From NCBI GenBank assembly GCA_013115125.1, contig JABANN010000223.1, positions 1 to 50,660 of the forward strand: a DNA stretch of 50,660 nt, read 5' to 3'. The notes beneath the pieces were generated by a model. It was not told where the DNA came from. It searched no databases and was given only the letters and a program-made list of their open reading frames with translations. Position 1 is the stretch's first letter. Every line of letters begins with the position of its first letter. Below are positions 1 to 12,034 of the stretch, piece by piece. The position numbers and the translations under genes were made by a program. Source of the DNA: Perkinsus olseni. Lineage: Eukaryota.

Positions 1-613
1 TCCGTACTCGTCCAGGTGACAGTGCACGAGTCGAAAGACCGGATATGCTAAGAATTTGTGGAGGGGTGTACTGTCCCCTGTCCGCTGCAGCTGACACATA
101 TTCTGCCTCCACATACCCTGGGAGAAGGAACGTCGACGCAACGGAACAAATCCTTCGGCGCGCTGACATCAATATCGTTGCAGTATAATCGAGAACACAG
201 CGTTCTTCGCCGCGCTACTCGAATTAGGAGTTTCGTCCGCTGCAATTGAGATACTAGCCGGCTAGCTTACAAGCAGCACGTCTTGTCGAAATGATACTCG
301 ATTCAGAGGGCTAATGCTCGTGAAAGCGATGGCACTAAGGCGTATGTTCTGGGATGTCCCTGATCATCTTCCGACAAAGATTTTACTAGAACCCGTGAGA
401 CAGAAGTGGGCAGAACTGGTGAGACAAGGCGGTACAGTACTGTCTACTAGGAGAGCGGTTAATGCTGCCCGCAGCCCTGGAGACGCCCTCACCACAGTCT
501 CGAAAAGAAGATCATATACATGTGGATACTGATGTTAGCTCGACAAGCGAGCCACACAGTACCACGAAGAACCGGGTCCAACACTACGAGGGATTCACAA
601 TAGGAAACAGGAA

Positions 614-2182
614 TCATGATGGCAGAGTTGTGAACCTAGTGGGCTCAAAGTTAGTTAAACTGATGTGCTTCGGTCTGCCATGAACAAGCAGCTCAGCCAT
701 AGCCTCTCCCGAGACGAGGGACCAGAGTATGCCCCAACAGTTATGACCCGCTACGATGTATCTGCGAAGGCCGTCCTGATGGATGGGCTTCACACGACCG
801 CGTCCGCCGCCCTCACAGATTGTTGATGCTGTCAGACAGCCGACCGATAGCGGGCAGAGCATCGGGTAGTATCGGTCTCAGGCAAGCTTGCTTGATATCA
901 GGACCCTTCCCACTATCGATTAGTGATGTCATAGTGGACAGGGACTGACAACAACAAGAACCATCCACATCCCTTCACAGCCAAGGACATCCACCTTGTG
1001 GCCCGCCGCCGCCCTGCTCAGCTCCGGCTGTACGTCGCTCGGGTTCAGAGATCGAAGGTCCTCCGGCCGCAGCTGAGGGGAGCCACCCAACCCGCAAATA
1101 TAAATATCACCGTCCGGGCGAGGGTAGACTTCCAGGTGGCAGCCATTGGCATCATCAGAACTGATAGAGTGCAGTGGCACCCAAGGACGCTGGTAGGGTG
1201 AGTACCAGAAGAGGGCATGTGGGTCGGGTACAGCAGGCATCCGAGTATCCCTATACACTAGACTGCTACTCTTGATGCCACTCATCGGCATTCGCACTTT
1301 ACCCTGTAAGGCGGACCTGACACAAAGGACGCACTAAATGCACTCGACTGCAGCGGCGTCGTCGGACCAGGCCTCAACTTCGCATGACCAAGCTCCCATC
1401 GCTAGGATGACCTCTGACCCGTGCACCACACAGCCATCATCCAACACTACGCCAGTAACGGCCTGCTGGAACACCACTAAGGACCCCGGACCTAGTAGGC
1501 GACGAGACTCCCCACCTTGCCCTCTTCCTCGACGACAACGTCAACCGCCTTGGCATCTGTTCGCAGTTCCAACATCCCTAGATTCGTAGCTTCCGCTATC
1601 AGCGACTCAGTGAGCTCCAACGGTGTTATCTAACCGACCCATCAAGACTACCAACAGGAGAAGCTGCAGCTCACCTGAGCCGTCTCGGAATCCATAAGGC
1701 TGGATTGTGTAGTCCCCTTGTCCAGCCACGAGCATTGCCCATCACTCTTCCTCCTCTTGCTGCGGTGAATCTGACACCCGCCTGAGCACGCCCAGCCCAA
1801 CGGGTTAGGACCTCAGTTTGAGCCGTTGGAAGATCTCTGTAGGATTCCAAGTGATGCTGCTGGGCATACTGCCGTATGAGGTCGAAGCCTCGGTAGTGCA
1901 GCTGGCGAGTGGGGCCCGAGGAGCACCAGCCTCTAGCCAGGAAGCCGCCTGATAGGCAAAGATGACTGAGCCTTTGAAGTGGAAGATCCGGAACTGGGCG
2001 GAGCTTTGTGGTCCATGGATGGTCAAGTACACAGTGAACTAGCCTGAGGCCCCACCTGCCTTGCCACTGGCCGAGCACCCCACTGTCTCTCGCTCTATTA
2101 TGATGCTTGACTTCCCTAGTGTAGCGAGGTAGTAGGCAGTCGATGCTGCCATGATACCGCCACCGACGATCACCACCGGCAT
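614..2182 (-). CDS. FAD-dependent oxidoreductase, DAO/glycine oxidase family (multi-exon)
   Basis: The N-terminus reads MPVVIVGGGIMAASTAYYL...IIERETVGCSASGKA/GGFLA (GxG Rossmann motif). Internal VYPRPDGDIYICG. The C-terminus reads AGHNCWGILWSLVSGEAMAELL. Exons are joined by short GT-AG introns. Confidence 0.85.
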
Positions 2183-2653
2183 AGCAAGGGAGCGAAAAAT
2201 AAGCAGCTACGTCCGAGGGTGGCCCGCGTAAATGAAGTAAGACCAAGGAAAGAGAGAAACTCCAAAGGAGGGTGTCCAAATGTATAGGTGATGTTACCGG
2301 CGATACTGAAGCCGTCGGTTCAAGTAGCGCAGAAGAAGGAAGGGGCCCAAGAATAGCAGGAGATGGATGAAGAAGTCGTAACTGAGAGACAGTGTTGATG
2401 ATGACGGTGCATGCGATTGTTACCCGGAGGTCATGGGATAGTCCCCGAAGAGGACGAGAGGACCGAGCATGATGATACCGCCACTAGAGGTGTCACCTGA
2501 ACTCGAGGTTGCCCAATGATGATGAACGCTACGGTGGCCTACTCATTCGAGTGGGGGATGGTGACGGACGAACGCTAGCCTGCTGGTAGGGTGATGGTGA
2601 GAATTGTTGCTGTGCAGCAGAAGGCGAGTAAAAAAGTAGTGGATGACCCGCAG

Positions 2654-4036
2654 CTAGCCGCAGCAAGAGGGCCAGCAATACCTACGATTGGTACGAAAAT
2701 CAAAGCCCATCACCACTTGCTGAGCTCTCGTCCAAGGCAATCGAAAAACGGAGCCGCTCGCCAACTCTTTGACGCGAATCCCAGTGATCGACAACAACCC
2801 AAAATGATTCTTCCAAGAGTTCTCTACCTCGGAAGAAATCGAGGCTCTGCGCGGATACAGAACCACGTGAAGCATCCGGTCGAAAAGAACTGTCCAGCGA
2901 ACAGTGCGTGAAATTTGGGCTCGTTGGAAAGAAGTGGAGCATCTGATAGCCACTTCGTTGACCTCGCGAGTGATGTCAACGGCGATTGCTGATTCGCCGA
3001 AGTTGTCGAAAAAGTCCTCGTTAGCAAAGGTTTCACCGCCGCCACATGAATTTTCAGTCCAACCAGAGGCGCGAAAAGCCAACGGCGTCTATCCTGGAAG
3101 GCTCAGAGGCTCGAGTGCCGAATCGTGCTCGACAGTCTGTTGCACGTACTCTCGTCATCTGATGACTCTGATGTCCTCTTGCTAACCACGGATTTCTCGT
3201 CATCCACGGCGAATGAGCAACCGCCGTGAAAATCATACGTCCTATTCGCCAGCATAGGCCTCGATAACCCACGCAAATCTCGCTGAACAGTTTCTTGACC
3301 GAACTCTTGTATTCCAGTGGAGAGCTCTCACACCTCTCCCTCAAGCCTCAGAAAATTATCGTCAAAAAGGTCCCTTCCTATCCGGTATCTCCCTGCATTA
3401 CCGTAGTCCATGCCCAGCATATCCAAGTCCAGTAGTCTGGGCTGATAAACCGCTGCATGAAGCCAGCAGGCATTATCCCCGCAATAGCTCGAGGATAAGT
3501 ATCAGAGCAGAAGGCCGAAAGATGCGCATATAACTGCTGAGCTATACGGCCCGTGTGCTCTAGGGCAGTACGAACGGCGGTATGGCCGTGGCTGATGGAG
3601 CCCCGAGCGTACTGGGCCGAGTACCGGTCCAGCTCCTTACGCACGTCACTCTTGACTGAGTCCTGAGGGGCATCTTCCATTCTACCTAGCCGGTCTCGGA
3701 TGCGCTACTACAGCCACTTCTGTCTGTGCGGTCAACCAAACCAGTATCCGATGGGTAGCCAAGCGCGGGGTCCAATCCCTCTCTTGGCGCTCCGCTCGAT
3801 GTAGCAGTCTCACTATCTGATTCACACGTCCGTTCAGCTGCCGAATTTTCCACCTCCCCCCTTACCTTTTTAATTTGGCTATTATAAGCTCCAGAGGCTC
3901 TTTCCCAATACCGCAAGGACCGCATTGACTGGAGAGCCTCGTCGCGACATTCTTCTACTAACTCCTGGTTGGTAGACGGGTTCACCCTGGGCGTTGAAGT
4001 GCTGAGGAACAGCCCATTCCATACCACTCCTTCCAC
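2654..4036 (-). CDS. hypothetical protein (probably multi-exon, boundaries uncertain)
   Basis: Chain of adjacent same-strand ORFs (3686-4036, 3378-3680, 3054-3344, 2654-3082). No family recognised. Confidence 0.35.
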
Positions 4037-4943
4037 AACTTCTGTTACCTTTCTCTATCGCTCTGAAGCGTTGAACGAGTTGCCATCAAAGATTTACCCA
4101 CTGAAGGTTTGCATCACGCGCCACAAAGATTCCTCCCAAGATAGTATCTTTCAACTTGATCACAACTCAACATATCTTACACGAATTCAGACACTAACGT
4201 CTCGCAGCAAGTTTGGCAGCAGCTTCCAGCATTGGCCAGCAGCGCCCACGTGTCGTTGTAAGTAATGGTGGAAGAGGAGGAGGAGGAAGTGACAACCACA
4301 TCATCATTATCACCGGGACACTGCAACCCGTGTACGTGCGTAAGGAGGATGACCAACAGCAGCAGAGATGGTGGCGAAGACGACTCTTACCATCGGGTAC
4401 CATACGGATGCCACATAGAGAGATAAACCGAAAGGGGCCAGATCAAAGAGCATCAACCTTGCACGAAACGGGTGCCTCGGATACGGTTCTGGTAGCAAGC
4501 GTTGGCATGGTACAAGGCTGATAACAGTAGGGGTATTTAATGACTAATGATACGGCAGTGTTTGTTGACATTGCCAACGACACGGCAGTTAAGCAGCTTA
4601 AGGCCTCAGGCCTCGATGACAGGGTGAAAACTACCGATACGCAACCGTACAGAGGGAAAACAGTAAAAAGAAAAAAAGAACGATGCCGCACCACTCAGGA
4701 TGCTCAGAGATCAACATGACAGGAGCAGCAGCAGAACGACAATCCATCGTCGCCCTTAACCATAGTGCAGCAGCAGAGCGATGATGATGATGATGACTAC
4801 CACCATTAAGACTCGATCACAACAACACAAGGGAGGCGTACTGGGCTTTCCAACCACACAACCCGCCCCACACCACCACCGCCACGACGATGACAATGAG
4901 TGGGAAGGAGGATTGAATATCAATAAATGTGGTTTAGAAAAAC

Positions 4944-6591
4944 TTAGGCGGTGGCCTCGGTGGTCTCGGTAGTAGCCTGCTTAGCAGTCTCATCAGCCTT
5001 CTCAGCAGCGGCCTTAGCAGCGGCCTCACGAGCCTCACGACGCTTCTGGCGGTTCTCGTACTCGACCTTCTGGAGATCCTTGTACTCGCCGAGCCTCTTG
5101 TTGAGATCCTCGAGGCACTTAGGGATGTCATCCTTGTTCTTGGGAGCATCAACCTTCATGTCAGCGAAGAGCTGGAGGGTATCAAGGCCATGCTTGAAAG
5201 CAGAATGGCTGGAGCCCTGCTTGTTGTGCTTGCCCTTCTTCTTCTGGACGGTGGGAACATAGTAGTAGTTCTGAGCTCTGTCCTTCTTCTGAACAAGGGC
5301 CTTAGCACCGTCAATGGTAGGAAGGTCGGCCTTAGCGGCAGCCTCTTCCTTCTTCTCCTCAGGGGCCAAGGACTTGCAGTACTTGATGGCGTTCTCGACC
5401 AACTCAATCTCAGCGAGATAAGGGATCTCCTACAACACACAGGCAAGTCACAATGGCCCGACTCATACTCAAAATCTACCTTCTCCTTCTCGAGCTCCTC
5501 CTCAAGGCGCTTCTTCTCCTCCTCAGCCAATCTGGCTTCACGCTCCTCTCTCTCGCGAGCGGCGCGCTTCTCCTTTTGCTCAGCAACCCAAGCGGTATAA
5601 GCGCTGATCTTGGCGGAGCGCTCGTCGCGGAGCTCCTTGATCTGACCGTATTTGGCCCTGATCTCCTTGTTCAACTTTTCACGCGCCTCGAAAATATCGG
5701 ACATGCCCTCCATGGCCTTGCGACGGCCGTCCATGAGCTTGGAGTACTGCTCATGGAGCTTACGCCTCTCGTCACGGGCGCTGTTGAGGTTACTGAAGGG
5801 ACGTCACAAGTAAAAAGATTCCTACAAGGATGTGGCTCCTCTCACGTCTTAATATCCTCCAAGTTGGCCTTCAGAGGTCCAACGTTGGTGGTATCATACT
5901 CTCCGGAAGCGGCCTTCATGGCATCAAACTTCTTGAGCTGAGGCTTTGTCTGCTTGAGCTCCGAGATCTGCTTCATCCTGATCATAGCATACCACTCCAA
6001 CAGGAACGTACGCGAGAAGATGATAAGGGACTTACAATTCCTTCTCCTTTTTGAGGTCCAAGGACTCGGTGTGCATCCTGTACTCGATATCAGCAATCTT
6101 ATCATCGATTTGGTCCTCAGTCGAGAAGCCCAACTTCTTCTGCATGCTGCTCAATTCAGCACGGAGTTGACGACCCTGAAACAGCGAGCCAATGAGCAGC
6201 TTACTAATAAACCGGATGACGGTTACCTCAGTCTGTTTGGCGTGGATGCCATCCTGGGTCTTGCTTCTCTTGGTCTCCAGATCGGACACAAGCTTCTGCT
6301 GTTCGTCCATCTGCTGCTTCAGCAGATCGCGCTTACGAAGGAACTCCTCCTTACCCTCGGACTTGCCGTGGATTTGATCGTTGAGTTCATGAACCTAAGA
6401 CAAGCCACACAAGTCGCCGCCTAGTGGCTCAGCCTTAATGGACGTACCTTAGCTTGAAGGCCCTTGATCTCCTCACTAAGCTTGTCGATCTTCTTCTCAT
6501 AGTAAGCACGATCGACTGGCTGAGGCCTGGTGTGGGCGGTGGCAGCCTCCTTAGCAGGAGCGTCAGTGGTGGCGTTTTTAGCGTTCGACAT
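4944..6591 (-). CDS. coiled-coil protein, Bfr1/proton-pump-interactor-like
   Basis: ATG at 6591 (MSNAKNATTDAPAKE). E/K/R-rich heptads. Spliced EKEK|EIPYLAEIELVENAIKYC. C-terminal KKKGK...HGLDTLQLFADMKVDAP..IPKCLEDL motif. Confidence 0.7.
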
Positions 6592-6775
6592 GTCGGAAGG
6601 GTTGCGAGGCGTGTTGAGGGTGGAAGCCGAGCAGCACTAGCTCAAACGAGGGAATGCACTGATGATGACACAAGGTGCCTGTGGCGTGCGAGAACTCATT
6701 TCCAGCCCTTATCGATCTCGCTATCTCGCCAATTCTCCGACCCATCCAATGAAAACGCTTAAGCTTAATATTTTC

Positions 6776-6847
6776 GTCCGCTTGGCTGCGCGGTGAGGCG
6801 CGAAGTTAGATACCTATAGGTCCCCGGTTCAAATCCCGGTGAAAGCA
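6776..6847 (+). pseudogene. tRNA-like element (intact 3' half, non-pairing 5' part)
   Basis: A-box-like TGGCTGCGCGG at 6783-6793, AGGTC variable loop, B-box GGTTCAAATCC at 6826-6836 and T6 run at 6858-6863. The acceptor and anticodon stems do not pair. Confidence 0.6.
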
Positions 6848-6926
6848 TCTTTCGGCCTTTTTTCCCGTCGCAGTAAAATTGATGCTAAGCCTGTTGCGTT
6901 GCAGTTAGCCATACATTGCGCTATTC

Positions 6927-9900
6927 ATGGCAGCAACAGCGATGATAAAAACGACAACGACAGCATCAGACTCGTCATCAAGCGGATACCATTACGATAG
7001 ACAACAGTTACTTAGGTATGACCTAAAATACGAAAGTCAAGGATCAACCTTGGTTGCTTCAGGATGTACCCAGGGCGTCCCGGGCCTGACATCCCCAATC
7101 CTATAGGAATCAGAGTGCATCGATTCCCTCCACCTACAGCGAAGCAGCGGCCGCAGCAACAGCAGCAGCAGCAGTCTGGTGAGGACTTCAATGCTGGGGA
7201 CCTTGGGGGTAATGCTACCACCGCGACTATAACCGTCACCGCGCCATAGCACTGTAAATAATGATGATCAGGTCGAGGACCCCATTCAGGAGCTAAGGGA
7301 AGAGGAAAAGGGACTGGTGGTAAGGGTGGAGGAGCTGTGGGGTTCGACTCGGCTGCTGGGGGAAAGGGGCTTGGTAAAGGCAAGGGAAGGGAACACGTTG
7401 AAGGTGAGGGTTGCTGTCGTCACCCAGCATCCCAGCATCGTCCTTCCCTTCGCCACCACCATTCTTACAAAGATACTGCTGCTGCTGCTGTAGATACGGC
7501 CGGTGGGAGCTCCCCTAGGGCATCAGACCAAGATGATGGTTGGCAAGTGGTCAAGCCAAAGCAAGGGAATAGGGACTGGGGGGCCCTCAGAGGGGGACGG
7601 ACGGCTGCTGCTGCTGCAAGTGAGCTCACTGGGCCCTCATCAGCTACAGGCCGATCGTTGCACTCAGACGAAGAGGAGGGCAAGGCACTACCACCGTGGC
7701 GGAGGGGTGCTGCTGCTACTCACCATCAAGGAGCCAGTGGTAGTAGGAGAGGTGATAGTAGTATTGGCGTAGGCTCTGATGGTGACAGGCGTCGCCTAGC
7801 AGATACATCTCCTGTACACTCCCATGGTCCCGAGTATCATCACCGTGTTGATGCTGCCGCTGCGGCTGGTGATCTTGGCCATCAGCACCAGCATGGACCA
7901 TCCAAAGCCCCAACCATCACTCCTTCTAAGAAGTAGTTGATAGTGTACTGAAGGGTGACGCTTACTTCACTCGATCAGGGTGCCGCCGAAAGAGGAGAAT
8001 GAGCATCTTAAGGACCCCACCAAGCCTACTTCCGGATTAACCCCACCTACCCCTGCCGCCGCTGTGGACCCTTTCACGATGGCCCTCTTGAGAGGGGCTT
8101 CTCCAGAACCCCCTACCAACAAGGACTCATCAGCAGGCCCGTTCGGTCCTACGGTAGTAATAGCACTCGAGGCACTGGATGTCGTACTGTGGCTGCAGGT
8201 ACCGCAAACTTCAGCCGCAGCTTCTATGGTGAAGAGTACTCCTGCTGCTGCTGCTGAGCCTTCCTCCAGTCTGTTCGGCGACGCCCCCGGCTCTGATAGC
8301 CTCTTCGGCCCTCCATTAGACCATGACGGTGGACCAGCCTTCACGGAGGTAGTAGTTGGGTATCACCTCACCGTACGCATCATTGCCTTCGACATCCTTC
8401 AGGGCCCAGCGTCATCATCCGGCAGCCGCTTTGCTCGGCTCTTCGAGACGCTGCACGCTGATGAACCCAAGACGACCCCTCCGGCCACTACCGCTGGCGT
8501 CCAATCATCATCATTCCCTTCTGCCATCCCGGGACCCTTCTCTACCACTTCGGCTGCGTCCCCATTCGCCCCAGTGCCGGGCAGTGGCTCCAGCTCCCTT
8601 TGCGGGGGGCTGCCCTCCGCCGCCCCTGCCGCTGCACAGGCGCCCAGCAGTATCTTCGGGGCTCCACCTGTCGTCCCGACTGGACCAGATCGCCAATCGT
8701 CCGCCCCCAAGGTTCCGACGGCCTCATCTGTACGCGACACATGACACCTGCCCTGCTCACTGGGCACTCTTTCGTTAGGCTCAGCCAGCGCCAGCGAGTG
8801 CCACTCAAGCGCAACTTCAACACGCCCTGCTACAGCAGTTGAGGGCCGCCCCTCCCGCTACTACGGCCAAGGTCCAACAGATCTTGGAGAGGGCCTCGAG
8901 TAATGCCTCCTCACAAGGTGGCGGAGGTGTACCAGCCCTACTACATCAACTGCAGGCACAGGCTCAGCAGAAGAGGGAGCAGGCCGAGCAACAGGTAGTG
9001 GGGACAAGTCGGCGGAGGTGGGTGTGGATAGCGGTAGTCTTCAGGCGAGGGCAATGGCTGCGGCAGCGTCACAGCAACAGCAGCAGCAGGCCGCTTTGGT
9101 CAGACTACAGCAGATGCAGGTCCAACAGCAGATGAAAAAGTTGTTACAGGAGCAGCAGCAAGAGGCTAGACCGGTACTATCGCGAGCGCCCTAGCATCTG
9201 GACCAGCCAGTCTATTCACCAGCAGGCCCAGTACGGAGGCCCTTCAAGTACCGTTAGCGGTATGTCCGCCTTGAACAGGCTCATTAGTGCCGGCAGTAGT
9301 AGTAGTCATCATGGGGCTCCCCCTACTGGAGTTCACACTCCTACCAGTGGATCCGCTCCTGTCGGCACCCCCTCCCCCGGCCTTGATGTCAATGCCCTCT
9401 TCTGGACATATCTGGATCCCCATGGTCATAAGCAGGGACCCTTCTCTAATGCTCAAATGAAGAGTAATATTTGCCACATCGGTCATTGCCGCTGTTCTGT
9501 ATCATCCTGTCATCAGCTTGGCACGCTGCCAACTACTTCGACGCGGATCTTCCGTTGGCCTTTTCCACCTCGAGCGCTCCCACTCCCGGTAGCCGATTCG
9601 CCCCTTTAAACAGGATCTTCCCACCAGGGAGCAGTCCATTCATCGTAATACCACAACAACCGCAACTCTTCCCTACTCTGTGCTATCATCAGGATGCCCC
9701 ACGTCCAGTGGGAGTGGCGGCGGCTCCTCCGCGACCCTCGTCCAGCAGCGCCAGCCTAGGAGCTACCTCCAGTACATCTCCCGCCCAGATCCGGGCCCCG
9801 AGGGTTGATATCGAGAAGCAGGGATCTAGCATGTCTATCGCCTCAAGTGTCCATTCTATCGGAAGAACAGCAGGGGCAGCTGGAGTACCCGTCCCTCCCC

Positions 9901-10848
9901 CTCCCCCGCCTGTCCAACCCCCAGTTCAACCTCCCAATGCTCGGAGGCCCTATGAGGGTGCTGCGGGTAGGAGTGGAAAGCCAACCCGACATGTAATACG
10001 GCGTAGTTGCATCGTTCCTGTCTCCATCGACTTACCTTCAGCAACAGCAGCAGCAGCAGCCGCCAATGGTTCCCTCTACTTCGCCCCCGGCCAATGGCCG
10101 CCGATCGATCTCTCCCGAAGCCGCTGGCTCCCATAGTGACAGAAGCCGCGGCAGAGACTCGGCATCAGAGTCGTTGAGGGGCCTGCTGGGCATCAACGCG
10201 TCCCAGTCGCCACAAAGCGCCTCTGAAAAGGCTCACACCGGATTCTCAGGAAGCAGGCCCTCGGGGGACGACAGAGTGAGGGGGTTGGGGAAGCCAGCGA
10301 AGACACTCAGGTGGTGCTCTTCTGTCAGTCATCCGTCGAGGCCGAACAGCAGCAGCACAACAGGCAAGGCAGTGGCAGTAGTCGTGGTGGTGGACGACGC
10401 GTCAGTCCGGAAGCTGCGTCTTCCGGTGACCGTCCGAGGACAGTGTACCCTAGGAGACCCGGCGATGAGAAGGATAAGCCGAAGACTGTGGTAGGAGGGG
10501 GTCTGTGAGGGAGGGTATGATAGGGATTTTATATGGTATGGTGATCAGGTTGCTGGTAAGGACGTCGCTGACCCCTCCTCGCTGCACAAGGGATGGCTGT
10601 GGTCGCCGAGTGACGAAGCCGCTATGAGAAGGAAGGAGGCGGGCGGCGGTGCAGTCGCCGCGCCTGTTCCGAAGAAGATGTCCTTGAAGGAGATAATGGC
10701 TAATGAGAATGACGCTAATAACATCAAGGCATTGATGACCGGCCACAACCCTGCCCAGCCGCATAAGATGAAGATTCCTGCTGCTAAGAAGAAGAGTCAG
10801 AAGCAACTTAAGAAGGAGGCTGCGGCGAAGAATGCTGGTTCGAGCTAG
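6927..10848 (+). CDS. GYF-domain protein, GIGYF-like (multi-exon)
   Basis: Exon 1 (ATG 6927, intron 7016-7062) gives YHYDRQQLLRM, a YxYxxxxL-phi eIF4E/4EHP-binding motif. GYF domain WTYLDPHGHKQGPFSNAQM..WHAANYFDADL at ~9404-9560. Q-rich tracts. C-terminal KKMSLKEIM. Confidence 0.8.
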
Positions 10849-11895
10849 TAGCGAGCGAACGACCTCGATGATGTTGATAATCATCGTGATCATCCAATTC
10901 TAAAGGACGACGAGACGAAGACCTCCTCCTCCTCCTCCTCATCATCATCCTCTTACTCCTACTAGTATGTATTGTTGATATTTCTAATAAAGCATATGCT
11001 AATCATCACGGTCATCTCTCGACCTTCGGCCAATGTTGGTGATGGTGTGGTATCAGCGGAGGGAGGGTGGTAGTATCGCATTTTTGCTACTAGGGTTCAT
11101 CATCATCACTGCATCATCCCTAATGGGACAAATGTTGTCGTTGTTGTTGCCTTCTCCTTCAATCATAGGTTGTAGTAGTAGCAGCACCCCCATGTACATC
11201 ATCTTCACCATTATCATTACTACTCATACCATCACTAGCACCACCACTACTATCGTTGTCCCCTGTACACCATCATTCCTGCTGCTACCGATGACGCTGC
11301 TGGTAACTTTGACAGTATAGTCTCAACGTTGTTGCCACTCTGGAATTTCTACTGCTACTCATCTATCACTGCCTTGTGTTACACTAGTGGATCATTTGCC
11401 TCGGGAACCTCGTGTGGTCTACTGATAGCGGTGGTGTCTGCTCCGCTATAGTCAGTGGGCCAGGTCAGGGGTGGCATTAATTCGCTGATCGATCATCCGC
11501 TGAAAGTCAGCTGATAAGCCGATGCACTCGAAGTACTGTCGTGTTCGTGAGGCGATGTTCGCGAAGGTAAAGGTACTTCAGTCTGATTGACTTTTTAACA
11601 CAGCAAACACTGAGGAAGGGAAGATGAGTACTGTCCTCTCCCGCACGAAGCACCAGGTTCTGAGTACCTACCATGGGAGGCAATAATCAACGACTATCCG
11701 ATGCCATCGTATGCTCCAGGGATGCTTGTCAAGCCCAGTTTAGTCGATTGGAACTATTGCGGGTGTTTCAGGAGCGCGTTTGATTACACGCGAGTCAGCG
11801 CCGCGTGAGAGTTTCTGAACCAAGATACTGCAGATGTTAGCGGCCCGCAGGGCCACCAGTGATGAGTTCCAGCAGACTCCGTAATTTCATTGTGC

Positions 11896-12034
11896 TGACA
11901 TTGTTGTTGTCTCTTTGCGCATGCGTATTTTGCGCTTGCGTGCGGAGATGGGGATTGAGTCAGCTAAAGTCTTATACCTCCTCTTCTGATATGTCTGGTG
12001 TTACACAGTCGGCGGGGACAGCGGATGGGCAACA
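11896..12034 (+). repeat. 5' LTR (shared portion)
   Basis: TGACATTGTTG...GGGCAACA, identical to 17833-17971. The true LTR may extend upstream to ~11835 (TGTTAG...). Confidence 0.9.

Noticed and set aside
1-600. Coding-like frames at the window start (KNLWRGC, similar to KNTWRGC near 49280)
   Set aside because: The similarity is too short and the frames are interrupted, so no gene or homology can be supported.
11033-11320. Hydrophobic 95-aa ORF
   Set aside because: It arises from CAT/TAC/CAC trinucleotide low-complexity sequence downstream of the GYF gene.
11859-11990. Hydrophobic signal-like N-terminal extension of Gag (glyco-Gag-like)
   Set aside because: It is encoded by TG-rich LTR sequence probably upstream of the transcription start. 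The same peptide appears at the 3' LTR, so it is likely incidental.
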